The translations under genes were made by a program, and so were the position numbers. From positions 64,001-128,000 of the forward strand of contig CM000433.1 in the NCBI GenBank assembly GCA_000165345.1: a stretch of 64,000 nt of DNA, written 5' to 3'. Below the pieces are notes generated by a model that worked only from the letters and a program-made list of their open reading frames with translations, was not told where the DNA came from and made no database searches. Numbering within the stretch: the first letter of the stretch is position 1; each line of letters starts with the position of its first letter. Below, piece after piece: positions 35,105 through 51,133 of the stretch.

Positions 35105-38100
35105 TTACCTCCATTTATTAGTATCAATATCACGTGTATCTCTTTCTTTATTTCTTTGATTATTTCTAGAAGAGTTACTAGAATGTCTTCCCATTGATGA
35201 AGATTGTTGCTGATTTTTTGATTGATCATTTGTACCAGTTCTTCTTAGATCCGTAAAACTAACATTTTTATTACTACTATTTGTTCTACTGAAACTTGAA
35301 TTACTAAAACCAGCTCCACTTTCAGCTCCTGAAGCACCACTTGATGAATTTGTCACTCTTGTTAAATCACGTGTAAAATCTACTCTTGATGGGCTTCCAT
35401 TTCCTGAAGTTCCAGTTTTTTGTCTTGTAAATTGTACACCTAAATTTTCAAGTTAAAAAAAAAGTATTATGAATAAAAAATAAATGACTATTCTCTAAAT
35501 GAATTTTTATACATATTATAACTTGAAAATTTTGATCATAATCCAAAAGAAAAAAATATTTGAATTAGAAATTCATTCTTATTAAAAAATATTCATACTG
35601 ACGTGCAAATTGGGATTATTCAATCATTTCTTTTTTCTGAAACATAAAAATTATTATTAATAATATAATAATAATCCTCATGTTCTAGCCAGTTTATAAT
35701 CATAATAATAATAACAAAAATGAATTTCTAATCCAAATATTTATTTTCCTTCTTTAAAAGTATTTTCAATTCAATATTTCATTTATATATATTAAAATGA
35801 AAAATTGCCGCGCGCGGCAAATTCATGTATAAATATTCATTCAATAGTCAAATTATTATTTAAACTTACCTGAAGAATTACCATTATTTGATCTAGAGTT
35901 ATTTCCAAAACTTCTATTAGAGTTGTTATTCCCACTTGTTTCTCCTCTTGTGAAGCTAATTGCATCACCTCTATCATTAAATCCACCACTATTATTATTA
36001 CTTGAATTATTAATATTACTACTACCACCACTACTCTTAGAATTTGCAGCCATTAATTTAGCCTCAATTTCCTCCTCTCTTCTTCTCTGCATTTCTAATT
36101 GTCTTTGCATCTTTAATCGTTTTTCCTCTTTTTGTCGGTTCGCTTCTTCAAGTAATCTTGCTTCTTCTTCCTCTCTCTTAGCCTCTTCTTCTTTTCTTCT
36201 TTGTTCTTCTTCATGTAATTTCTTTTCAATAGCTTCATTACGTCTAATCTTAGCTCTAGAAATCTTAAGCTCCTTAATCTTTTTAATACATCTTAATCTT
36301 TGTACCTTTAATTCATCCATAAGCTCTTCCTTTCTTATTTCTAATCGTTTATCTTTCCAATTATTTAAATATGGTAATATAGTTTTCAAGATTTCCTTTT
36401 CTTTATGTGCTTCCTTCTTAATTTCTTCTATCTTTAATAAATAACTATCTTGTAATTGTTTATGCAATTCTTTATCACTTTGAGATATTTTTTTATTCCA
36501 ATCCATTATTAATGGAATTTCCTCTAATCTATATGCTCTAGCTAAATGATCTAATCTTTTAGCTTCTTGTTTTCTTTGTTTAATTCTTTCTTGTCTTTCA
36601 AAGTTACATTGTTCCTCTTGTAATTTTTCTAAATCATCATATAATATTCTACCTTCTAATAAGTCTTCCAATGTTATTTCATCCAAAAGTTTTCCTTTTA
36701 ATACTATCTTATTTGAACTTGTATTCTTAAATGCAAGCTTTTTTATTGTTTCTAGCATCATTCTACAAGCTTCAATCTTATTCTTCTTAATCTCTTCCAA
36801 TTGTCTTGCCTCTTCTCTTCTTCTTCTATCTTCTTCTCTCTTTTGTATTTCCAATAACTCCTCTTGTGCTTTTGCTTCCTTTTCTTGACGTTTCTTATCC
36901 TCTTCAACTCTCTTAAGTTCCTCAATTCTTTCTTTTCTTCTTAATTTAATTTCTTCAATACGTTTTTCCATTGAAATCATTTCAATTGGAAGACGTCTCT
37001 GTACCATTTGAGAAATCTTTGTATTTTGATTATTTAATCCAACCTTTATATTATCTTTATCTAATCTTCTTAAAAGTGTTTCTAACATAAAAGCAGATGA
37101 TAATAATTGATTATTATATTTAGATCCCGAATTATTAATATTACATATTGTTTGTGTCTGTGATAATCCGTTATTATTCGATACAATATTATTTGAATTA
37201 CCACTATTTTTATAGCTATTATTAGCATAATTATTATATCCCAAGCATTTATCCACTGAATATATACATTTTCTTGCATAATCAATTCTTAAATTTATTA
37301 TTGAAGAATTTGATAATTGTACAAGAAGTTTTTCTGTGTCAGTCCATGGTAAAAAGTCATTTGGACATATATTCTTCAAAAATTGATCAATGCAAATAGA
37401 AGAATATACTCTTGAAATTAATAAAAATAGTTTTGTTAAAATAGTTACTTTCAAGGGACGTGTATATTCATTAAAATCTGGATCAATTTGCATCAAGTTT
37501 GTTAAAAGACCATTAGTACTAACACATAATTTCAAAGTATTAGATCTTCCTTCAATTATCCCATATAATTGCTGACATACTGGTAATGATAATCCTAAAA
37601 TATTCTTTGAAATTAACATACTTTTTAATATCTCCCTTGTTGGAATAAATAATGATCCTAATAATAATGCAGCTTTCTTAACTTGATCGCCTTGTGGATA
37701 ATAATCATTGGATGTCATATTTCCTGTAAAATAGCGTGATTTTGAATTTAAGCTCAAGTTATTCTCACTTAATGGAATTGATAATACTGCTAATACAACT
37801 GTAGAAGCCATTTTTGTTAATTCTTCCTGAGATACATTCTTTTTAAATTGCTTTAAATGTAAGAAATATTTTAAATGTGCCAAAGCATGGAATGAATAAT
37901 TCTCTGTTAATAAAAACATTTTACTTAATATATCATAATATAATGCAACCCATCTTAAATATGTTGGTCTAACTTTCATTGCATGTGCACTGTCCATAAT
38001 TTGTGAATTGGCGCCATTTGGGTTATTGGAATTTAATGGAAGAGTAGTACCGCCTAAAAAGTTATTTTGATTAATGCCATGTAATACATTAATTTGGTTA

Positions 38101-38948
38101 TTTTGATTATTAGAATTAAATGATGCATTTTGAGTGAAAGAGTTTCCAATAAGAGGATCAAATTGAAAAATTCCAAGATGGAAGATTTCCTCTGCAGTAG
38201 TGAAACATTCATTCCATAATGATAATTTTGCTGCACCTCTGAGTTGAACAATTCTTGTTTCTAGATGACATTCTGGTCTAAGCATGACTTCAATTTCAGG
38301 TCGATGACGATTTGAAACTAAGAGTTGATAGTGAGTTCTGAGTAATTCACAAAGTGTCTTGAATTCGCTAGCTCTATTGTGTTGCCAACAAAATTCTAAA
38401 GCTCTTTGTGCGGTTTCATGATATATTCTCTCTAATTTAGGAGTAAGTCTGATGATGTCTAGAATCATCTTATAAGCTTCCCAAGTAAATCTGAGAGTTT
38501 CATGTAACTTCTTTTCTTTAGCCCCTCTTCTCTCAATTTGTAAGCTTGCTAATAATAAACTTTCAGGTGTTTCTTCTTGTTCAAGATTTTCTTTAATGAG
38601 ATTTGGATCCATACAATCAACACATTCATTTTTCACTGATTGTAGTTGTTCTTCTGCTCTATTACGGAATTCTACAATAACTTTACCTAATGATCCAATA
38701 TTAGATTGATGTGTTACATATCTATATTGATGTAATCCTTCACGTGCCATTCTTGGTTTTTGCAAGTCTACTGAAAGTATAATATATTGAATCATCATCA
38801 ATTCTTGTGAAGAATCCCATCCATGAACTCTAAATCTTCTGTGATTTACTACTGAGTGTAGTAGTTGAAGAGCAGTTTCATCTTGACCAATTGATCTAAG
38901 TTCCTCTACTCTTCTAATTGCATTTTCTGGTTTGTGAAAGGTCAACAT
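35105..38948 (-). CDS. eif3A: Eukaryotic translation initiation factor 3 subunit A (eIF3a/p170), two exons
   Basis: Exon 1 is 35872-38948. The N-terminus MLTFHKPENAIRRVEELRSIGQDETALQLLHSVVNHRRFRV...LMMIQYIILSVDLQKPRMAREGLHQYR aligns with the eIF3a PCI-region start ([34 protein letters not shown]...[23 protein letters not shown]), from memory. There is a long R/E/K coiled region. A GTAAGT donor sits exactly at the apparent stop (TCA G|GTAAGT, 35871-35866). The 432-nt AT-rich intron is 35440-35871, with acceptor TTTAG at 35444-35440. Exon 2 is 35105-35439, in phase. It continues the [VI]xFTR...TSG repeat periodicity seen before the intron (ISFTRGETSG / VQFTRQKTGTSG / VDFTRDLTR / VSFTDLRR). Confidence 0.8.
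35815..35830. repeat. 16-bp perfect GC palindrome TTGCCGCGCGCGGCAA inside the eIF3a intron
   Basis: It reads identically on both strands. It is the only GC island in a 432-nt intron of about 88% AT, about 45 nt from the donor. Confidence 0.8.
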
Positions 38949-39276
38949 TTTGTATATAATAAAACAGTATTGTCAATATTCCGTTTGAGAGGCACGTAAT
39001 AAAAATTTATTCACAGAATTTAATAATTTCGTAGAAGTTTTGCTTTTTTATTGATAAATATTTATACTTTTATTATCGAGTAAAAGTAAAGCAATTTAAA
39101 GCAAAGTCTTTCTACAGTTTATTTTTCCTTTATATATGAATATTTTTACTTCCTGTACTTCTCCTTCCTTATAATTTTGTATCAAACAAAATTATTCTTT
39201 TGTTTATTCCCTTTTATTCTTGGGGATTAATATTTGTTTATTTATACGAAATTTATTAGTTTTAGTCCCATTCAAT

Positions 39277-39290
39277 TTTTGGCGCCAAAA
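39277..39290. promoter_or_regulatory. Perfect palindromic E2F-type site TTTTGGCGCCAAAA in the divergent eIF3a / SET-gene promoter
   Basis: 14-bp perfect palindrome. It is identical in form to the classic overlapping inverted E2F site (TTTSGCGCSAAA, e.g. the DHFR promoter; established knowledge). It lies about 330 bp upstream of the eIF3a ATG and about 620 bp upstream of the SET gene ATG. Confidence 0.45.
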
Positions 39291-39908
39291 GACATCAGTA
39301 ATAGTAAATAATAACTCTGTCTCGTTATAATAATTAATTAATACTGCAACCAAAAAAAAATTCTTTTTTTTTCAGATAGAAATTTGTTTTCTGTTTTCTT
39401 TTTAAATGGACTATTTGACTTTCATGAAACCAATAAATTTCCTTATTTCCATTGTTTATTAATCTTTTTACGCTTATGAGCGAATATCGTTAATATAGTT
39501 ACTAAATATCTTTCAGTTGAATACTGAAATTTGCTATTAGATTGAACTCCTTAAATTTATCGAGATGATTATTCTCATTGAGGATATCTCACTTTTAACG
39601 CCAACTCCAATATTTATACTTATCCAAAACTTTGTTTCATGTTCATATACAAAATATTTGGCGGGTCAGCCGTTAAATTTACAATACTAAGTTACGTCAT
39701 TTATTCTGTGGGAAAAAAAAATAGTAAAATAAAGTATTGAACAATTCATGTTAATTAGTTAAAATCAATTTAAAAATTTATCAGCTAAATACTTCTAAAA
39801 TAAGTATTTATATCCTATCTGTAGAGTTTTTATCTTGCAATAATTATTTTAATCTGATAGTAAATGTATGTGAAAACATACTTAATTTGTTAACGAATAA
39901 AATTTCTA

Positions 39909-42900
39909 ATGCAAAAAAAAAAAGATGATGAAATAATAATTGAAAAAGGAGTAGAAGATGAAATTTTACATCCAATTTCAACCAATTGTACCATTGATGA
40001 AATTTCTCCACCAATTTCATTTCCATTGGACATAAGCATTAATGAGCAATTATTTGAGAGTGATTATTGGGATGATTATTTATCAGATTCTGAAACAGAC
40101 TATTGTGATAACTTTAATGTTAAAGATAAAGTTCATCCAACTAAACGAGTTTGGAATGATAACTTAGAAAGATCCTGCGGAGTATGCAATTATATAGAAA
40201 ACTACACTGAACTCTCAAATATGATAAAATGTGAAGGTTACTGCAGAAAACCATACCACTTAAAATGCGTCGGACTCGAAGAATTACCAAATACTCGATG
40301 GAAATGCCAAAACTGCATAAATAATCTTGTTTTTTGCAATATCTGCAACTCATTCAGCAATAAATCTAGCTGTAATTTTCTTAAATGTTATCATCCAATA
40401 TGTATGAGATTCTTCCACACTCAATGTTTACTTTATTATCAAAATAATATTATTTGGACCTTCAATAATTCATGTGGACAAAAGTGCGTGGCGCCTGACG
40501 AAAATGCATGTATGCACCCTGAGATAAATATAGGTGGTAAAATATTGAAAAAAATATTTGGCACAGAAAATGTGAATGAAGAAGAAGTAACTTCAAAGTT
40601 ATTGAATGAATTTGGATTTAAGTTCATTTGTGATCGTCATTATTGCTCATCTTGTAGTGACTATAATAAAAACAAGAGAATTTTGAAAAATGAAACTCAA
40701 ATTGAAATTTCAAGAAAAAAAAGAGTTATATTTAAATTAGATGATCCTGATGATTTATTCTACTGCATTAAATGCAATTCAGGGTATCACAGCCATTGTC
40801 TACATCCTGATTCTATTAAATTAGTAAATGGGGTTTGTATTTGTTATAAACATATACACGATCAAAGTGATATGATATTGGGTAGGTATAATATTAAAGA
40901 TGAAATTGACTCTAAGTTAAAAATACAGTTACAGAATTGTTTGAAGTCTAAGAATGGAAAAAGATTAAATAAGGAGCTAAAATTGGCATTAATACAAAAA
41001 ATAGTTAATCATTTAGAATCTTCAGAGTTTAATCTTAATTCATTACCATTCCAACTTCCTGGACAGTCAAAAGACTGGTTATGTATTGAAATAGAAAATC
41101 TAATTAATGAACATAATTTGAAATATGAGAGTCAAAAGGCCATAAATTTTTTACAAAATTATGGATTTACGCATATTAGAAGAAATATCTATTTAGAAAA
41201 TATTAACGACTCCCAAGATGAAGAATTTGAGACATTATCAGACACAGGTCATTCAGGAAGCAAAAATAAACAAAAAAAAGAAAAAAATATTAAAAATAAT
41301 CAAAATTTAAAGAAAAAAATATCTACATTAAATAAAAAAGATAAAATATTCAATGAAAAATGTGTTTGCAAAACAATTTGTGAAAAAGATACTTGCCAGA
41401 ATGCTGCAATGTTTATTGAATGCAATTCAAATATATGTGGGCTGGATGAAGGAATTCAGAAAAAAAATTGTATGAATAGAATATTTAATAGTAATAATAA
41501 CAAATTCTTAGATAATCAAAAGAAAATTATTTTAAAGAATTTAAAAGTTATAGATGCTGGAGAAAAAGGATTTGGTATTACTACTAATATGACTATTCCA
41601 AAAGATACTTTTATTATAGAATATGTCGGAGAAATATTAACTAGAGAAAATTACTTAAAAAGAGTTGAAAAATATAAGGAAAGAGAATTAGAATCAAGAA
41701 AAAAATCTATAATAATGGATTATTATAAAGAAGATCATGAGTTTAATGAAGACTTTGTCTTACCAAAAGATACTAGAGAAAGGCATTGGTACTGTATGGA
41801 GATTGGAAATGACTATATTATTGATAGTACAAATAAAGGAAATTTGAGTAGACTAATTAATCATAGTTGTGATCCAAATTGTATTGCGCAAAAATGGTTA
41901 GTAGGGAACGAATGTAGAGTTGGTATTTTCTCAAAAAGAGAAATTTTACCAAATGAAGAACTTACATATGATTACTCATTCACAGCTTTTGATATTGGTT
42001 TTAAATGTAAATGTAATTCTCCTTCATGCAAGGGAAGAATTGGAATAGAAAACTTTAAAGAAACTAATCAAGAACTTATTAAGAAAAGAAATTTACTATG
42101 TAAGAACACGAATATGATAAATTCATTCACAAATCTAAATAAATCATTATTTAATAATCCAATTTGTTCAGAAATAGATGAGATCTTTACGTCAAGATAT
42201 GATTATATTAATGACAATCCAGAATTTTACCATAAATTAGAAAAATATTGTGATAAAATTAGCAAATATAATCAAGTATTACATGATCATGTTACAAATG
42301 GGATTCAAATTTATCCATATGATTTCAAATTCAGAAATTCATTATATGGTTATACAAGCCTTTTATATTTTGATTCTCCTGATATAATTTCAGATTGGTA
42401 TTTTAAAAAATCAAAAAATATTGTTTTAATGAATAAACCATGGATTATTCTTCCCTTCGCATTTAATTCACGAGAATTTACTTATTTAAAATATCCATTA
42501 AATATGAATTATTTAAAAAAACAAGTATGTAAACGTTTAACTATTTCTTTGGATAAAAGCAATCCAAAACTAAGTAATAATTCAATTTTCTGGCATTTAT
42601 TTGATTTAGGGATTGGAAGTGATGAATGTTGTAATATTTGTAATAATCCCGGTACTTTAATTACGTGTGACTATTGTTATGATTCATTTCATAAATATTG
42701 CTTATATAATAATGAAATTCCAAATAATTTGAAAAGATCACGACTTTCTTATAATTATAATAAAGTTGAGGAAAAGATTAAATGTAGAAATTGTATGGAA
42801 AATGAGTTGATATCAGTTTATTGGCTTAAAACTACCTATAAGCGAAGAAGGTACAACTATTTTTTAAGACATAAATTACATTCTATTCCATTATATATTA

Positions 42901-42923
42901 ATAGAATAAACCCTCTTATATAA
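39909..42923 (+). CDS. Histone-lysine N-methyltransferase of the SET2/NSD/ASH1 class (PHD fingers + AWS-SET-postSET + C-terminal PHD)
   Basis: 1004-aa ORF. An N-terminal C4HC3 PHD-type finger (CGVCNYIENYTELSNMIKCEGYCRKPYHLKCVGLEELPNTRWKCQNC) is followed by further Cys/His clusters. The AWS-like segment is CVCKTICEKDTCQNAAMFIECNSNICGL. The SET core is GFGITTNMTIPKDTFIIEYVGEIL...NLSRLINHSCDPNCIAQKWLVGNECRVGIFSKREILPNEELTYDY. The post-SET is CKCNSPSCKGRIG. The C-terminal PHD is CCNICNNPGTLITCDYCYDSFHKYC...CRNC. Confidence 0.8.
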   Translation: MQKKKDDEIIIEKGVEDEILHPISTNCTIDEISPPISFPLDISINEQLFESDYWDDYLSDSETDYCDNFNVKDKVHPTKRVWNDNLERSCGVCNYIENYTELSNMIKCEGYCRKPYHLKCVGLEELPNTRWKCQNCINNLVFCNICNSFSNKSSCNFLKCYHPICMRFFHTQCLLYYQNNIIWTFNNSCGQKCVAPDENACMHPEINIGGKILKKIFGTENVNEEEVTSKLLNEFGFKFICDRHYCSSCSDYNKNKRILKNETQIEISRKKRVIFKLDDPDDLFYCIKCNSGYHSHCLHPDSIKLVNGVCICYKHIHDQSDMILGRYNIKDEIDSKLKIQLQNCLKSKNGKRLNKELKLALIQKIVNHLESSEFNLNSLPFQLPGQSKDWLCIEIENLINEHNLKYESQKAINFLQNYGFTHIRRNIYLENINDSQDEEFETLSDTGHSGSKNKQKKEKNIKNNQNLKKKISTLNKKDKIFNEKCVCKTICEKDTCQNAAMFIECNSNICGLDEGIQKKNCMNRIFNSNNNKFLDNQKKIILKNLKVIDAGEKGFGITTNMTIPKDTFIIEYVGEILTRENYLKRVEKYKERELESRKKSIIMDYYKEDHEFNEDFVLPKDTRERHWYCMEIGNDYIIDSTNKGNLSRLINHSCDPNCIAQKWLVGNECRVGIFSKREILPNEELTYDYSFTAFDIGFKCKCNSPSCKGRIGIENFKETNQELIKKRNLLCKNTNMINSFTNLNKSLFNNPICSEIDEIFTSRYDYINDNPEFYHKLEKYCDKISKYNQVLHDHVTNGIQIYPYDFKFRNSLYGYTSLLYFDSPDIISDWYFKKSKNIVLMNKPWIILPFAFNSREFTYLKYPLNMNYLKKQVCKRLTISLDKSNPKLSNNSIFWHLFDLGIGSDECCNICNNPGTLITCDYCYDSFHKYCLYNNEIPNNLKRSRLSYNYNKVEEKIKCRNCMENELISVYWLKTTYKRRRYNYFLRHKLHSIPLYINRINPLI

Positions 42924-43072
42924 TTTTTTTTCTTAAAAAAAAAAAAAAAAAAAAATTGAATATTTTATTAATTTATTTTGGATCTAAGTTTGAGTTATTA
43001 TTTAATTAATTATTTATCGTTGTTATGATGGCTTTCTAATACTTCTCACTTGTGTAAACTATAGTTAATGAG

Positions 43073-44116
43073 TTACTTTTCATCTTTAGGGTCGTTTATA
43101 CCCCCTTCTGTAATAGAAAATGTGGCATCCCCTTCAGGTAGATTCGGGGAATCGTAGATTTTGCAAATTCTTGTCTCCCCACGTCCTTTTTTGAGGAATA
43201 ATCTAGTTTGTGAAGCATGAGCAATAATATTACCTCCAATAGGCACTTTATCATTTTGGAACATGGCGGCCATGGCATCGACTTTTGACATTACTTGATT
43301 AGTGATAACAACTGCGACGCCAAAAGTATCCGCAATTTTTTGAAGAGCTCTTAGAAACTGGCCTAAATGGCTTTGTCTAGTTGCTAATTCTCCTCTTCCA
43401 TTATATTCTGATCTATAAAGCGCAGTTGCGCTATCAACAATCATTAATGCAAATCTGGATTCTGTCATCATAGCTACAGCTGATTGTAATAAATCCATTT
43501 GATGTTCAGTATTAAATCCTCTGGCATAGGCAATATTATCTAAGCAATCTGAAGCATTCAAGTTAAATCTATCAGCAATTTGAACAATTCTTTCAGGCCT
43601 AAAAGTACCTTCAGTATCAATCCATAAACACTTTCCTTCACCTCCTTTATGTTCAACAGGAAGCTGGCAAGTTACAGCAAGAGTGTGGCATAATTGAGTT
43701 TTTCCTGTTCTAAATTCACCAAAAATTTCTGTAATACTTCCTGTTTCTATTCCACCTTGTAAAAGTCTATCTAATTGGCTAGAACCCGTTGTAAATTTGA
43801 TTAGATTGGTTCTAGCTTCTAAATATTCAGTTCCACTGCAAAATCCCATTGCTACTAATTCTTTGCATGCAGATTTTATTTTATCACATTTTTGTTCACT
43901 AATTCCTTTAACTGACAATAAAGCTTTTTTAGGAGCATAAGCAAGACATTCTATTGTATGATATCCATTTTCACGGAGTATTTCTAGATCCCTTTTTGTT
44001 AATCCACTTGGAAGAAGATGCTCCAGTTTTAATGGCCCATTATATACTGTTTCATTTAAATTATTTTGATTTTCATTATTTTCATTGACTATTTCGTTTG
44101 GGTTTATTGTTGACAT
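43073..44116 (-). CDS. rad51: RAD51 recombinase (RecA/Rad51 family strand-exchange protein)
   Basis: 347 aa. HhH region [34 protein letters not shown]. Walker [22 protein letters not shown]. Block [19 protein letters not shown]...[33 protein letters not shown]...[11 protein letters not shown]. The C-terminus is [36 protein letters not shown]. It is near-identical in pattern to eukaryotic Rad51 (closer to Rad51 than to Dmc1, which has MALFRVDFSGRGELAERQ), from memory. Confidence 0.92.
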   Translation of the reverse strand: MSTINPNEIVNENNENQNNLNETVYNGPLKLEHLLPSGLTKRDLEILRENGYHTIECLAYAPKKALLSVKGISEQKCDKIKSACKELVAMGFCSGTEYLEARTNLIKFTTGSSQLDRLLQGGIETGSITEIFGEFRTGKTQLCHTLAVTCQLPVEHKGGEGKCLWIDTEGTFRPERIVQIADRFNLNASDCLDNIAYARGFNTEHQMDLLQSAVAMMTESRFALMIVDSATALYRSEYNGRGELATRQSHLGQFLRALQKIADTFGVAVVITNQVMSKVDAMAAMFQNDKVPIGGNIIAHASQTRLFLKKGRGETRICKIYDSPNLPEGDATFSITEGGINDPKDEK

Positions 44117-44472
44117 ATTTAAAATTAATTATTAATTAGTATAACTTTAGTTTTGTTTTTCCAATACTTAATTACACACAGGCTTTTAAAAATGTTTTGC
44201 CTTATATATGTCTCTTAGTTTAAGAACTTGTCATAAAAATTTAATGTTTCAATTCACTTTTGTCTGTTCAAAATTTCTTTTCAAAAGTGATAAAGTTGTT
44301 TGCCAGTTCTAATTTGTAAATTCAATATTAACATCCAAATAAATAATAGCTATACTTTATTATTTGAAAACTAATAATATTATTGATAAAATTCTTCTCT
44401 CCAATTAAATAAAATTAATTGATATTTACTTAAAAACTTATTGATAGACGATAAATAATACAAATACAATGT

Positions 44473-44517
44473 GTGGCGCCAAATTTCCCCACATGTGGCT
44501 TCACATGCACCGGTATA
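44473..44517. promoter_or_regulatory. rad51 promoter GC cluster: E2F-like TGTGGCGCCAAATTT + palindrome CCACATGTGG + CACCGGTAT
   Basis: It lies about 360-400 bp upstream of the rad51 ATG. E2F-like core at 44473-44487, a 10-bp perfect palindrome at 44489-44498, and an ACCGGTAT element at 44509-44517. A second GGCGC element (TATGTGGCGCATATGC) is at 44862-44877. Confidence 0.45.
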
Positions 44518-45547
44518 GGTAATATTGCAATGATGCATGTGGACAATTTTTAACAATGATGTAATAATTATTCAAAAAAAAAAATGTTAATTGATTTGAA
44601 GAATTTATTTATCATTTTTTAAGAAGGAACTTAAAAATTTAATAGAATGGCTATTTTGTGAAGATATTGCTATAATAATGCTTTTCAAATTTAAGAATAA
44701 AAGCTCGAACGAAGAATTGTTGTAAGAACAATATGTCTTGAAGATTTTTCTTTTAAAGAAAAAAGAAATAAAATTTCTATAAATGGAGAAAACTATGATT
44801 AATTGAATATTGAAACTTATATATCTATTTAAAAAAAAAAAAATTAGCTCTATACTCAAAATATGTGGCGCATATGCTTAAAAAATATGCATAGATAATG
44901 TGCATTATATAAAGATATGCATAATTTGTAAATATCCTATGCATTTTATGTGAGGAGAAAATATAATATTTATTAAATACAGTGAGGTACCAAATAATAA
45001 TTAAATACGAGGATAAATGATCTAAATATCTACGCACTTATTATTGGATCTCGTAAACGGGGAAAAATAAATAAATAAAATACATAAGAGGTTTGTTGAT
45101 AAAGTGAGTGAATGAAAGGAGGAATATTGAGGATTGGAAAGAAAGGAAATATTCACAATAGGAGAGATTTCAACAAATAAAGATTGTTGCGAAAATAACC
45201 ATAACTTTAATTCAAATAAAACAAAAAAAAAAAAAAATAGTTGCTAATCTATGTTTATATTAAAAAGCAGCTTTTATTGAAAGAGTTTGAATGAATCTTT
45301 GATTGAATGTTGAGATCAAATAAATAAAATAACTGAAAATCAAAATTATAATTATATATATATTTATATATATATATATATATATAATTATATATACATA
45401 AATATTTATTTATATTTATATTTATATATATTTATATTTATCAATAAATGATTACTAAATTTAACAGGAAGCTTTGGTAAGCTATATTTCGCAATAAAAG
45501 GTTTTTTTTTAAAAGATAAGATTGGTTAAATTAGATTAGAGAGAGTA

Positions 45548-49846
<4,299 letters not shown>

Positions 49847-49888
49847 ATAAATACAAGTATAAATACTAAATATAAAGTATAACCATTT

Positions 49889-50906
49889 CTAGTTTTTATT
49901 AAACATTCTTTTATATTTATCAGTATTGGAATTCTTATATTTACTTTCCATTAAAACAATATCATTTCTTAGTTTAATAAAGGCTGATTTGTCATCAATT
50001 TGGTTGGATAAAACTTTATCAATAATTTCTATAGCTTTATTAAATTCATAAATATTTATATAAGCTTGTGAAAGTCTATATAATGCCTTTAAAGTTATAA
50101 ATAAGAATTTATTGGGAATTTATTTAAAAAGTAAATAATTATAAAATAAGGGTATAATGGAAAATATATTATAAGTTTATACTTACTTTAATATTATTAG
50201 GGTCATTTTTTAGTACATTATTACAATGAAGCATAGCCATATTAAATTCCTATATTTATAAACTTTTATTATATGAATATATGGAATAAATGAATAAATA
50301 AACTTACATTAATTTTTAGAAAGCATGCAGACAAATTGAGATTAATACGTGTAATAAGTTGGTTATATTCTTCCTCTAGATTCTTGTTTTCAGGAAAAGT
50401 ATAATCTACATAAATGAGTGCATTCTTGTACTCCAATATTGCTTCTTCAATTTTATTATCTTTGTATTTAATATTTCCTTCCTAAAAGTTAAAAAAGTTA
50501 TTATTATTATTGGTATTAAATATTGGCAAATTATATTATTAAATTTGTAAAAAAAAAGAAGAAATGAATAATAACTTCTAGAGAATGAATTTGGATAATC
50601 TTGTGATTTAGAATAAATGAAATAAGAAGATTTGTCATTATTTCTTTCTATTGATAATATTAATGGAAAGTGGGGAAGAAAGAGGAGAAAGAAAAAACAA
50701 AATAGATGGGAGGAAGAAACAAATCAACTTACATCACAAAATAGTCTGATAGCTTTTAGCTTATCAGTTGTAGATCTTTCATATAATTCTCTTTCTTTAC
50801 TTCTATCGTGGCTACATCCTTGATTTTTCTTTATTAAATCATTATATTTGTCATAATTATCTAAAATTTTCTGGCAAAACTCGTACTCACTCCTTGTTGT
50901 CTCCAT
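49889..50906 (-). CDS. Four-exon gene encoding a small (about 200 aa) TPR-repeat protein (FKBP-C-terminal / TTC9-like TPR arrangement)
   Basis: Exon 1 is 50733-50906 (MET...AIRLFCD; GTAAGT donor at 50732-50727). Exon 2 is 50308-50481 (EGNIKYKDNKIEEAILEYKNAL...NLNLSACFLKIN; GTAAGT donor at 50307-50302). Exon 3 is 50187-50249 (EFNMAMLHCNNVLKNDPNNIK; GTAAGT donor at 50186-50181). Exon 4 is about 49889-50087 (ALYRLSQAYINIYEFNKAIEIIDKVL...NKN*). All junctions are phase 0 with TTTTAG / ATATAG / TTTAAAG acceptors. The final-exon boundary is accurate to plus or minus 1-2 nt. Confidence 0.6.
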
Positions 50907-50967
50907 TTATACTATTTGCAAAAAAAATATATAGTTATTGTGAGTTTTCTTAAAATATTACAGATTA

Positions 50968-50987
50968 ACACGTATGGCGGGAACATG
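50968..50987. repeat. Left copy of a 20-bp inverted repeat ACACGTATGGCGGGAACATG
   Basis: 19/20 identical to the reverse complement of 52708-52727. It lies 62 bp upstream of the TPR gene ATG. Confidence 0.7.
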
Positions 50988-51133
50988 CTTTTATAAAAAT
51001 AAATATTTTTCTTAGAAAAAAATATAAGAGAATAAAGTAAATCAAGCATTGGAAATACACATATCAATACTTTATTATGCTAGAAAATCTATAATTTTAG
51101 TAACTAACAACAAATTAGAATTGGAAGAAAACG

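Noticed and set aside
35837-36031. ORF 35837-36031 (minus), out of frame at the eIF3a 3' end
   Set aside because: It overlaps eIF3a exon 1 in a different frame and runs into the proposed intron. It has no independent support.
44605-45037. ORFs 44605-44859 and 44825-45037 in the rad51 / large-gene spacer
   Set aside because: AT-rich spacer ORFs with Phe/Ile/Tyr/Asn-dominated translations and no coding periodicity. Likely promoter or UTR sequence.
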